64,000 nt of DNA from Macrostomum lignano (Eukaryota): positions 1 through 64,000 of the forward strand of contig NIVC01004009.1 in NCBI GenBank assembly GCA_002269645.1, read 5' to 3'. This document shows positions 50,201-60,811 of this stretch, in pieces. Each line of letters starts with the position of its first letter. Positions within the stretch are counted from its first letter, which is position 1. A program made the position numbers and the translations under genes. Under the pieces are notes generated by a model, which was not told where the DNA came from, made no database searches, and worked only from the letters and a program-made list of their open reading frames with translations.

Positions 50201-51354
50201 ATGAGTGATATAGAAGTAGCTATAGAGAAATCAAAGCAACTACGAACTAGAACTGATATTGGACTAACTGAAGCTCTTACTAAGTGGGAGGCGCAAGAGG
50301 GACGCAAGTTCAAAACCCGGCTCTCCAATTTGGAGGAAGGGGTTAAGCTAAAAGCTAAAAAGCCTAAAAGAGCTACCAGTAATGATCGTGAAGAGCGCAT
50401 ATTTTTGCGAAATCTTAGAGAGAAGCTTGTAAAACTCAATTCTTGGGGCTTACTAATTGACAGTCGACAGTTTGACAAACTTTTTGACGAATTGGCAAAC
50501 GATCTAGAGTCAAAGGATATAGACGAAGTCAAGAAGCACTTTTGTTTAATTTCCGAAGCTCTTGCTGAAGACTTTAAAGACGTTGAGAGAGTTTGAACTG
50601 GCCAGAACGATATCATTTTCGAGACGAACTCTCACCAAGGAAAATATCGCAGAGGACTTTGGACTAACAAAACGAAAGGTTCTTGATCACACAACTTTTT
50701 ATGACATTTGTCTAAAATTCCCAGCTCTATTTTTTCTGGCTATTGTCTATCAACAATTGTGAAATACAAGAAAACAATAGAGAGATTCAGTAACGAAGAT
50801 GAAGAGTTTGGCGAGTGTTTGAAAATTTCACACGAGACAGTAGAGTATATTTGTAGTGATGGAAAAACCAAGGAGAAGAGTGTTTCCGTTTGGACAGTTG
50901 ACGTACGGACGAAACAACCAGAAGAAGATGACGTACTCTCGGTTTCAACTGTGCGGCTTCTGGTAAGAAGCGATTCAGCTTTTTACAATAAAGTTTCATG
51001 CCATTACTAACTTACCTGTAATACATTTTCTTTAGAGCTCAGCAACTGGAGGTCACGATGAAGACGATGAAGACGATCTCATGAACAGTGTGGACTGAGA
51101 AGGTGTGCCAAGGCGAGACGGAAATAGATGCGTCAAGAGTAAAATGTCAGCAATGTGGAAGCACAATCGTAAAATCGAACCTAGCGAGGCACAGAAAGAC
51201 ATGTAAAGAACAACACCACAATCCACCGGAGATGGAGGAGAACAAGAGAAGAGCAAGAAAATACCGAAGGAAGACAGCAGAATGCGACAAGTGCGGAAGA
51301 ACGTTATCGGCGACAAACATGGCGCGACACAAACGCACTTGCGGTGAAGCCTGA
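50201..51354 (+). CDS. Frameshifted spliced gene: coiled-coil, unknown middle, acidic patch, then two C2HC zinc fingers (possibly a separate ORF)
   Basis: Intron 50963-51035 (GTAAGA, TACTAAC branch point, TTTAG; phase 0); CQQC..NLARHRKTC and CDKC..NMARHKRTC in 51088-51354. Confidence 0.5.
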
Positions 51355-51816
51355 CGCTGTTCACTCCACGCCGCAAGGCGATAAACGGAGAAGAAGAAGA
51401 AGAAGAATAAGTGTGGACTGATTCTTCTCAGGAATGCGCCGCTATACAAAGACTGCGCATTTTAATTGATTGTTTGATGATTGAATTAATAGTGTTCTAC
51501 TGTGAGTAGTAGGAAAAAGTTTTCTTCTTTATTCATCTTAAGCCAAAGTTTTTTTATGAAGATTTCGTAAAAAACGAAGAAATATTGTACAAAATAAGCA
51601 ACACTTCTTTTCTCACTACTCACAGGAAAAAGCGGCAAAATGCATACCATCTCATTGAATAAAAAGCGCGCCACTATTGTGTTCCACGAGCGCATTGTTA
51701 TCTTTGGACAGATACTTATTAGTGTCTTCTCGTCTCATTCATTTTTCACCTACTAAAATAGAAACAAAAATGTGCCACTCAAGTAAGCCACTTTAAATCT
51801 GAGTCATCTGCGCTGC

Positions 51817-52061
51817 TGTGGAGATCTCCAGGTACGGTACAAAGTAAGTCACTATACTGGTAAGTAGTAACGTAAAAACGTGAAAACTCAAAAGCTAAAA
51901 ATTGCAAATTTTAAGACCACGAAAGCAACAAATGATCATATTTTGCAACATTTAAATTTATAACTCTGAATATGGTATTCGAGGCTCAAACCTAATGCAT
52001 TCTATAGGGGTCCCAGGCTTAGGGTCTGGAAGTGGGAGTTCGAGCGTTTAGACACTAGACA
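51817..52061 (+). mobile_element. Internally deleted LTR of the RING-Gypsy family
   Basis: Starts TGTGGAGATCTCC like 43720; joined to the 3' block seen at 44655-44685; ends AGACA. Confidence 0.65.
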
Positions 52062-52062
52062 T

Positions 52063-52065
<3 letters not shown>

Positions 52066-52155
<90 letters not shown>
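52066..52155. repeat. (CT)n microsatellite
   Basis: Direct inspection. Confidence 0.95.
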
Positions 52156-52158
<3 letters not shown>

Positions 52159-52396
52159 CTCTTCTCGTTCTCTCTGTCTTTCCCTGCCTCTCTCTAGTGT
52201 GCTAAAGCGAACTCCTTACTGCTCCATTCTGAAGCTGGGTTTGGAATCTGCAACATGAAATGCTGCTAAAGAGTTATGAGAAGCGGTCACTTTGATGTCA
52301 GGATGGAAAGCGTTTGAAGTCAGTAATGAAAGAATATTGACTAATTTCGAACTCTCTGTACCCCCACAGTACCTTGCCTTTCTGCTAAAAAAGTGT

Positions 52397-53302
52397 CATT
52401 TCAGTTTTAGAATACATCTTAGTGTCAATTTCAGTTTTAGAATACATCTTAGTGTCAATTTCAGTTTTAGAATACATCTTAGTATCAATTTCAGTTTTAG
52501 AATACGTCTTAGTGTCAATTTCAGTTTTAGAATACATCTTAGTGTCAATTTCAGTTTTAGAATACATCTTAGTATCAATTTCAGTTTTAGAATACATCTT
52601 AGTATCAATTTCAGTTTTAGAATACGTCTTAGTGTCAATTTCAGTTTTAGAATACATCTTAGTGTCAATTTCAGTTTTAGAATACATCTTAGTATCAATT
52701 TCAGTTTTAGAATACGTCTTAGTGTCAATTTCAGTTTTAGAATACATCTTAGTGTCAATTTCAGTTTTAGAATACATCTTAGTATCAATTTCAGTTTTAG
52801 AATACATCTTAGTGTCAATTTCAGTTTTAGAATACATCCTGGTGTCAATTTCAGTTTTAGAATACATCTTAGTGTCAATTTCAGTTTTAGAATACATCTT
52901 AGTGTCAATTTCAGTTTTAGAATACATCTTAGTGTCAATTTCAGTTTTAGAATACATCCTGGTGTCAATTTCAGTTTTAGAATACATCTTAGTGTCAATT
53001 TCAGTTTTAGAATACATCTTAGTATCAATTTCAGTTTTAGAATACGTCTTAGTGTCAATTTCAGTTTTAGAATACATCTTAGTGGTCAATTTCAGTTTTA
53101 GAATACATCTTAGTGTCAATTTCAGTTTTAGAATACATCTTGGTGTCAATTTCAGTTTTAGAATACATCTTAGTGTCAATTTCAGTTTTAGAATACATCT
53201 TGGTGTCAATTTCAGTTTTAGAATACATCTTAGTGTCAATTTCAGTTTTAGAATACATCTTAGTGTCAATTTCAGATTTAAAATACATCTTAGTGTCAAT
53301 TT
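52397..53302. repeat. 30-bp minisatellite, about 30 copies
   Basis: Unit TTTCAGTTTTAGAATACATCTTAGTGTCAA. Confidence 0.97.
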
Positions 53303-53780
53303 CAATTTTTGTGTAGACATTGTTTACGTGCCCATTAGCATCGTCAATTAATTGTAACGGCGATATTCATTGCGTCATTATCTTCCTTTGAATAAGAGTC
53401 TGAAACATTTCTATTAGCTAACAATAAATTATACATTTCCTCTCAGTAGAATGCATGAGGCGGCTTTTGAGACAATTTTTTTATTGTCCTCCATAATCCT
53501 ATTAAATCCATTCATATTATACCCGACAGAATCAGAAAAAAGGGGAGTCGCACTTGCTCCGAAAACTTCGAACATAATCCTCCTAAATCCATCCATATTA
53601 TCCCTGACAGAATCAGAGCATAACAGGTGTCCTACATAATCCACTGACATCCACCCATAGCATCTTCGAAACAATCAGAAAATAATCTGTATTCTTCTCC
53701 CCACATTCATTTCGCAACGCTAAACCAGATCCTCAGCGCAGGGTGCTCATCCCCTGAAAAAAATTAAATTCTTAATAAAA

Positions 53781-53972
53781 ATGCTTCCAATCGTCTCTCC
53801 AGGTTCTTATTACAAAGCGCACGAGTCTAATTACAAGAGTAAGTACCGATGCAAACTAGAATGCAGTGATTACATGAGAAAATATTGGCCCGGCGTTGAT
53901 ATCAATGTCCCTAATATTAATCTAGCTCTCCAAAGCCACTGGTTTCTTAAGTATGGAGTAACCTACGTTTAA
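53781..53972 (+). CDS. Small orphan ORF
   Basis: ATG after an A-rich leader; 63 aa, Tyr/Lys-rich; no motif. Confidence 0.25.
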   Translation: MLPIVSPGSYYKAHESNYKSKYRCKLECSDYMRKYWPGVDINVPNINLALQSHWFLKYGVTYV

Positions 53973-54288
53973 GATTACGACAGCTACTATAACTTTTCAG
54001 AAATCATTAAGCAATTGTAGTTTTTTTTCGACAAACGATTGATTCTCTGCGGAGTACTCACAACTCCTAATTTTTGTTTTGGTTGGTGCTCTCGGGAAAG
54101 GAGTTTAGAGTGAACGAGACACGTTTCTCTCCTCTCCTTTCTCGACCCAAGGAAAAAAGAAGTTCCTTGTGGGAATTTTAAGGTCAGCCTTATAGAAGGA
54201 GCATGTTATGTGATTCACGCGCCAGTTAACCTTTACAGAGCATGCAGCAATTTCTTATTTTTGACTTGCTTAATCTTTGCATCTTGCC

Positions 54289-54725
54289 ATGGATGTTGAA
54301 ATGCGAGCAGGCGACAACGTTTACATCGAAAATCTGGAGAACTTCATTAAGGCAGTATTTTCTAGTAAAGATCTTGGCAATTGGAATGTTTGGGCCGATA
54401 AATATAATGCAATTGCTCGGACACCCATCGAGAAGCCAACTATCATCGGTCGAATAGCAAAAACTGCCGACAAGCAATCGCAAATCAACAAGACTCTGGA
54501 CGAGCTGCGCAGGCCTACAAGGCCAACGGCGAGCATGTGCCTGAGAATTCTCTAGAAGAATTTGAGCAGGGAGCATTCACGATCGACGCGGTGCTTGTAC
54601 AGATTGCCAACCTTAATAAACTAGTTGAACGGCGCGGTCAGCAAGGCTTTGCAAACGGCCTACAGCTCGGCAGGATCTTTCGTTTTACAAACGAAGGCTA
54701 TTACAAACTTATCATAGATATTTAA
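54289..54725 (+). CDS. Orphan ORF of about 145 aa with one probable frameshift near 54540
   Basis: Two overlapping ORFs (54277-54555, 54537-54725) join with a single indel. Confidence 0.35.
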
Positions 54726-55119
54726 TGTTAGACCCACCCATTTGCCAGCACTAAAACAGCCACGCAGACCATGCGCGCCCTCTCTGTGTTAATCCATCTA
54801 ACTAGCTAACTATGCAAAAAAGCAAATAAGATGGGTGGGGCGGAAAAATATCACGCCACCACCCCAACACTGCCCCCGAGCACAATGCTGAGTGTTATAA
54901 ATACAATGCAATTGGAAGAGCCGAGGCTCTCCACTGCCGAGTTTAGTAAAGTTTGAGCTCAAACCTAAGAAAGGACTTGTCTCAGTTCTTCGAAGTTTCT
55001 GCCTGTCGTGGCAGAGGGGTAGCAGGCAACACTTAATTTTAACCCCTCTATCACGGAATCATTCACAGGACAGCAGATCACACCCAACAAATAGTGCTTC
55101 CATTCAAGTTTCGCGAAAC

Positions 55120-56173
55120 AATCTGCCACTCGTTACATGCACTACCACTAGCAGCGCACCTAGGATTCGAAAAAAACCTAGAAAGAATTTGGTGACACTA
55201 TTTCTGGATCTCAATGGTTTCCGATATTCGAACCTTTTGTCAAGACTGCATGGATTGCGCTAAGAACAAATTCGGCCAACTACACAAGGGGCTCATCCAA
55301 ATGCCCGAAATCTATCAGTAGATCTCGTAGGGACCCATGGTCCCCACAAAACTCCGGAACGAGACAGTCACCCACATCTTGACTATTCTATGCTGTTTTT
55401 CACAATTCGCCTTTGCATTCCCAATCCAGATCTACCAGCAGAAACCACAGCCGAAACTTTGTTCCAAGTCTTCTGTATGTTTGGAATCCCGATAGAAATT
55501 TTCGCAAGCAATGGAAAAAATTTCACGGCATCACTATTAGCTGAAGTTCTAGAAATTCTGGGAGTCAAGCACATCTTCTCGTCCACCTACCATCCGCAAG
55601 CAAACCATGTAGAGAGACTACACTCTACTCTGCAAAACATGCTTAGACATTACACGGCGGAAAATCCAAATGAATGGCATAAATACTTATCAGCCACAAT
55701 CTATGCCTACAATACAGCCAAGCAATCCTCTTCAAACTATTCTCCCTTCGAATTGGTTTTCGCGAGGAAACCCCTTGATGCCCACAGAGCTCAAAACTCA
55801 GCTGAATCTAGTAAGATATATGGATGAACCGTCCTATGCGGCCCGAATGCAAGAAGCTATTACCCTGGCTAGAGAAATAGCCAGACACCATCTCAAAGTG
55901 GCCCAGGAAAAGAATACCGGCAGAGCTAACAAAAATCGAATGGCCCCTACACTAGCTATTGGAACCAGAGTTATGCTTCAGATCCCAATGAGACAGGGAA
56001 AGCACCAAGCCAAGTTCACGGGCGCATATGAAATCGTGAAAAGAAACAGCGCCACGTCCGTCAGATTAAGGAAAATCGACGATCCGACGCAAGAATCTTT
56101 CCAGGTGCACACGGCCCAAGTGATCCGTGGAGAACGCAACGCCAACACAGGCAACAGTTCAGTAAGGAAGTGA
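55120..56173 (+). mobile_element. Second Gypsy integrase remnant (inactive)
   Basis: FCQDCMDC, LDLVGP-like segment, VERLHSTLQNML, YSPFELVFAR, KFTGAYEIV; second catalytic Asp replaced (FASNGKNF); frameshifts. Confidence 0.9.
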
Positions 56174-57059
56174 GCGTACAAGCTGATGATGAGACGCTCG
56201 CGGACACAGTTCGAAAGAAGTACAATTCCCATACTCCTAGACAAATGATGTCAGGAGATGGGGGGAGAGTAAAAGACTATAGTGACTATTTGATTTACGT
56301 ATTCATTCGTTGGCGTGCTGAGCACACTAGAATTAGAAACTCAAATTTATTATTTACTCAAATATCAACACTTAATTTTAACCCCTCTAAAACGAATTAT
56401 TACGCCAGATGTATGACCAACAACTCGATACCCTTAGTAGTAATAGGAAATTACACACAACCCCGAATTTTACATTATAGAACAAATAGGACACTATCTG
56501 TCAGAAAATTTATTGAACACACAGCCCGATATGTTTTAAATAGAAAACAAGTAGGACGCTATCCGTCTGTTTTCATTACACATAATCTGTTTTGCAGTAG
56601 CCACATTCACTGTATACACACTTGCTGTTTAGAATTCTCGCTCATTCTCTCTAGTTATATCTTACACTCCGTGCTACCCATCTTCTACACACATCCCTCT
56701 CAGTCTAAATTGCCAAGAAAAAATCATATCAACAATTTGTGTGTACAGCCGACTGTACAATGCCCGAGCCCGCGAAGAGTCTTTCAAGGCACACACCCCC
56801 TCTCGCCCAAAAAGAGACCCTATGTACGTTGAAGTTGTACGGTGCTCTCCCCGCACGAAGAGAGGAACGACCCTCCCTCCCCCCAACCCACAGTGGCGCA
56901 TAGGAATCAAAATAACCCACCCTTCGATTCGCGCAATGAGAAGCGTGCGCTAGCCAGCCTTAAAAGCGAAGTCTACTGCAACCGGTTTAGTTTAAGATAG
57001 CGAAGCCAAGTCAGTGCTCCGAATTCAACCCAGTGGCAAGAAATCTACTTGTAAACACT

Positions 57060-57584
57060 ATGTCAAGTCAAATGCAGAAAATAGCCATTATATTAAATCG
57101 ACAGTCTGAAGCACTGCAAAAGAATACTGAAGCTTTCGAAAAACTCCAAGAATCAGTGAGACAATTAGCCCAAGCTTCAAAAAACACACTCGAAACGCTA
57201 GAAGCAGAGCATCGTTCCTCGCAAATCCAAGTCTACAACAGTTCGGCTGCAATCGCCTCAATTAGCGAAGTTTTTCAACGAATCTCGAAAGTTTCCAACG
57301 CGCAAAGCGCCAGCTTTGGTTTTCTCGCGCTAATTCTTGTGCTCCTGTTGGCTAGCACTGCCGTATACTGTCTCTGCAAACGCGGCTACAAGCAAAAGTT
57401 GATGCGCACTATTTCGCGTCCGCATCATGACAATACTCAAGCCACACAAACGATCCCAAGGGCCAACACCGAAATATCCGTTTGGTGCACACCGATTCGC
57501 TCTCCTACTGTTCGATTCTCGACACCCCGCTCGTCGTCTCTACCAACGTTTCCACAGGGCTCTGATGTCGGTCTAATCGTGTAA
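57060..57584 (+). CDS. Coiled-coil + single TM membrane protein
   Basis: Heptad-like N-terminal half, FGFLALILVLLLASTAVYCLC, basic stop-transfer KRGYKQK, S/T/P-rich tail. Confidence 0.55.
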   Translation: MSSQMQKIAIILNRQSEALQKNTEAFEKLQESVRQLAQASKNTLETLEAEHRSSQIQVYNSSAAIASISEVFQRISKVSNAQSASFGFLALILVLLLASTAVYCLCKRGYKQKLMRTISRPHHDNTQATQTIPRANTEISVWCTPIRSPTVRFSTPRSSSLPTFPQGSDVGLIV

Positions 57585-58151
57585 TCGCAGAGCAGTACGA
57601 TGGGCTTATTTTTTTTAACTATAACGACCCGATTTTTACTGTTCTAACAGTGGCTAGCGTAGCAGTTCCAATTATAACAAATATATTTCTCATGTTTTAA
57701 CCGTGGCCAGTTTAATAATCTATAATTTTTATTGACTGCAATGACGCAATACGCTTCAACAGGTGGTAATATTTTGTAATGCTTTCTCTAGCTTTCTCTT
57801 CTTTGATGTACCGCTCGATAAGTTCCTTACGTCTTGATTCCTTGTCCATCGCGACGATTCAACAGCCCGTAGTAAAAGTAAGTTGTCAATGAGCTCGATC
57901 GAATGAAGGACAGACTTGTAGACCTTGGAGTTTTTATTAAAATGCCCCTTGGAGAGGGGCAGCGTGTCGGATCATTCAACCTCACCCAACGCCGAACCTC
58001 GAGACGAAGTCGCCCTGCCTATTTTCGCAGAAGATTTTTGCAAAACTCTGTTCGACCTTTTGAGGTAGATTGCGTTTTTGTTAAATGTCTATGTACTGTA
58101 ATATATACTTTTGCCATTTAAAAAAGTTGCCAAACTATTTTCTGCTGCAGA

Positions 58152-58790
58152 TCGGTGGAGCGCATAATCGAGATTGAGCTGGAGGCCAAGTCAGTCTGCA
58201 AGATACTGTTTCGCGCAACGAAACAGCCATGTCGCCACGCGACGGAAGGGTCTTCTGCAGACTACAACCCGGTGCAGTGGGTACCGCTTAAGGCCGCGTA
58301 CGCTTGCCTCGGCTTTCGAATGAACGACCCTGCGCATCCGGACGGTGTGGAAGCCGCGCCGAGCGAATTTAAGGGGGTCTCAGGCCGTTACCACCTATCC
58401 ATTCAGGCGACGTCCCTGTTTCGACCGCGGATTGCGACCGGCTGGAAGCTCTCCTTCGCTTTACGATCTATCGTACTAATGGACAGGAACCCAAGCAACC
58501 TAAATCTGTTTGCTGGACTCCGCCGACAGCTAGCCAAGAATCCGACCAAGCTAAAGCGCAAACTATCCACTGGGTCGGGAGAAGAGGAAGAGCAACCTGG
58601 GAAGAAGAAGTCCCAGACTTCGTTGGGGAGACAGCAAGCCAAGAAACCAGCTGCACCCCGTCGCTCTTCTGGCACTAAGAAGCAACAACAAAAGAAGGAG
58701 CATGAGCAGCACGACAGGTTGGGCGCGGCTGAGCCGGTCCCTCCGGTCAAGGTTCTGGTGAGCCCTCCGCAAACAGCTATGCGGTTTGTT
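58152..58790 (+). CDS. Putative viral OB-fold ssDNA-binding protein (exon; 3' end fused to the antisense of the ATPase)
   Basis: Acceptor CTGCAG at about 58149; YHLSIQATSLF..GWKLSFALRSIVL resembles the C-terminal strands of viral gp2.5-like SSBs; charged tail. Confidence 0.35.
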
Positions 58791-59360
58791 GTCAGTGGCG
58801 TCCTCGTAGGCACGAACCAAGAATTTACTGCCCCAACTGAGCATTTGCTGACTCAAGTGTTCAACGGCAGATCGGTCTCGCACACTCCCCATGAGACAAA
58901 TATAACTAGCTGATAGACTCCGAGTTCGCGCCTCTGGATCCGACCGATTAAATAGATTTTGGCAATGGTACACACACGTTAAGGGTATATGATGTGCATA
59001 TTTTGTGAACATGCCAGTCAAGGCTGTAGATTTAGCAACTTCGCTTTGTAAATCGTCCACTACCACGAAATCGTGCTCCTGAAGTTGGCTAACCAGCGTG
59101 TCTGGAAATCCTCTAACAAAGTGAATTGGACTGTCGCCTCCGTCTAGCCAAAACGTTCGAATACGTTGCTGTTCCGTCGCTGACAAATCGGTCCCATGAC
59201 ACCAAACTAGACGTTTTGGAGCCTTGTCAAACATCGCATGGCGTTCCTTCAAGAGTCGCAGGGTCCACTCGGTCTTGCCAGACATCGCTGGGCCAGCAAT
59301 AATGAACGAGGAATCGTGTGCCAATTGCAAGTTGAATGTCTCCGGCGTTGCAGCAGTCAT
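58790..59360 (-). CDS. Polinton/adintovirus FtsK/A32-like packaging ATPase (3'-truncated)
   Basis: Walker A GPAMSGKT, Walker B VVVDDL, FTKYAHH, QNLF, ARTRSLSASY, RD.S.V..L..Q. Confidence 0.88.
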
Positions 59361-59361
59361 T

Positions 59362-59781
59362 TTAGGCACTCAGTTTCTGTTTCAAGGACATCATTTTTGA
59401 TACCATCTTGGCAGTAACCTTTTCACCGAAAGGTGTTTTTGGATCTTGTGCAATCTCACGGGCACCGGTTTCTAGAACCCGGTCTGCCTCCAAGCGTTCC
59501 TTTACCCCCTTGTGCTTCGAATAGGCCAAGTCGTGGATCAGACACAAATCATCAAGACGATTAACCCCGCGTTGTCCCTCCGATAAACGCTGGCGTAGGC
59601 GGGTTCCGAAACCACAGAAACGGTAGCCAGGTATTTGGACCTCAACAGGCAAATGGTTGATTAACCAGTTTACTATTCCGGAACCTCGTTTTTGCTTCTG
59701 TTTTGAACTTCTACTTTTGGAATCAATTCGGCCTGATACGAGTTTAGTTTTCTTCTTCTTTTCAACTAACTTTTTACCCAT
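59362..59781 (-). CDS. Parvovirus VP1u-type phospholipase A2 (adintovirus PLA2X-like)
   Basis: PGYRFCGFGT Ca-loop-like motif, NRLDDLCLIHDLAY catalytic HDxxY, ADRVL; basic termini. Confidence 0.88.
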   Translation of the reverse strand: MGKKLVEKKKKTKLVSGRIDSKSRSSKQKQKRGSGIVNWLINHLPVEVQIPGYRFCGFGTRLRQRLSEGQRGVNRLDDLCLIHDLAYSKHKGVKERLEADRVLETGAREIAQDPKTPFGEKVTAKMVSKMMSLKQKLSA

Positions 59782-59931
59782 CCAAAATATCGGTACCAGC
59801 AAAGCAAAAGAAAAAAATCGATAGTAGACAAGACAAAATACCCTTGCATATAGCTTTTAAGCGTGGTTATTGTGTATTTAATCTGAGGTTTCTCAAATTT
59901 TTAAAGTCTTTTTGTTGCTCTTGTTGCTCAT

Positions 59932-60600
59932 TTATCGACCGGTGCTACCAAAGCCCATAGCTCCGCGCTTGCGGGGCTTGGGTTCAACAATCAAGCAGCA
60001 CTCTCCAGGAGCCTCCTCCAGCACGACCGGAACCACCAGTGCCTGTTCCAAGATCAGCTGGGCAATGCGTTCTCCAGCCTTAAAAGTGTAGTCTTCAAAG
60101 CTGTGGTTGTAAAAAATCACAGCAATCTCGCCGGCGAAATCCGGGTCGATGACACCCGCACCAACATCAATGCCACGCATTGCAAGCTCAGATCGCGGTG
60201 CAATCCTTCCGTAGGTCCCGTCCGGAACGCGAATAGAGATTCCGAGCGGTACAGCCGCGCGGCCGTGTGCAGGAATCAACCTGTCTTCGATGACAGACAA
60301 ATCGTAGCCGATGGAACCTTGGGTAAGACGCACCGGAAGCACACCAGTTTCCCGCAATCGTTTCACTTGCAGTACAGCCGGCAGATGATTCGTTGAATCG
60401 TTTTTCTGCGTCGTCATTGTCTCGCCACACAGTTCTGGCTTCTGATCTGTCGAATCCATTGTGGCTGAAATTTGTGAAACAGAGGTCTCTTTGTAGTCAC
60501 CACCTTCTAGCAGAGATGGTTGCTTATACCCAAAATCAAACGCTTCTTCTTCTTCAATATCGACGAATACTAATGGTTTCAATGCGTACGTATTCCACAT
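59932..60600 (-). CDS. dut: Trimeric dUTPase
   Basis: All five motifs: GYDL, PRS(E)LA, GVIDPDFAGEI, GERIAQLI, RGAMGFGSTG. Confidence 0.95.
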   Translation of the reverse strand: MWNTYALKPLVFVDIEEEEAFDFGYKQPSLLEGGDYKETSVSQISATMDSTDQKPELCGETMTTQKNDSTNHLPAVLQVKRLRETGVLPVRLTQGSIGYDLSVIEDRLIPAHGRAAVPLGISIRVPDGTYGRIAPRSELAMRGIDVGAGVIDPDFAGEIAVIFYNHSFEDYTFKAGERIAQLILEQALVVPVVLEEAPGECCLIVEPKPRKRGAMGFGSTGR

Positions 60601-60811
60601 TTTTTGTGCTAAGTACCTAGCAAATATTACTTTGCTTACACCCTAAATTCCCAAATGAGTGAAATCTCAAGTTTGACAACATTTATGCAGATAGAATAAA
60701 ACGATAATTATGCAGATAGAATAAAACGATAATATTTAATCAGAAACGTAGCTCGTATATTAGGATTAGATCATTCTTAGTCTACAAAGTAGCAGCAAGT
60801 CAATAAATTGA

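Noticed and set aside
52292-53351. Decapeptide-repeat proteins
   Set aside because: Translation of a 30-bp satellite in multiple frames.
55120-56173. Polinton integrase
   Set aside because: Has a Gypsy-type zinc-binding region and GPY/F tail and resembles the integrase at 38726; not clearly linked to the pPolB block.
57060-57584. Missing C-terminal/TM part of the env at 34488-36480
   Set aside because: 20 kb away, has its own ATG, and shows no recognisable gB domain V sequence.
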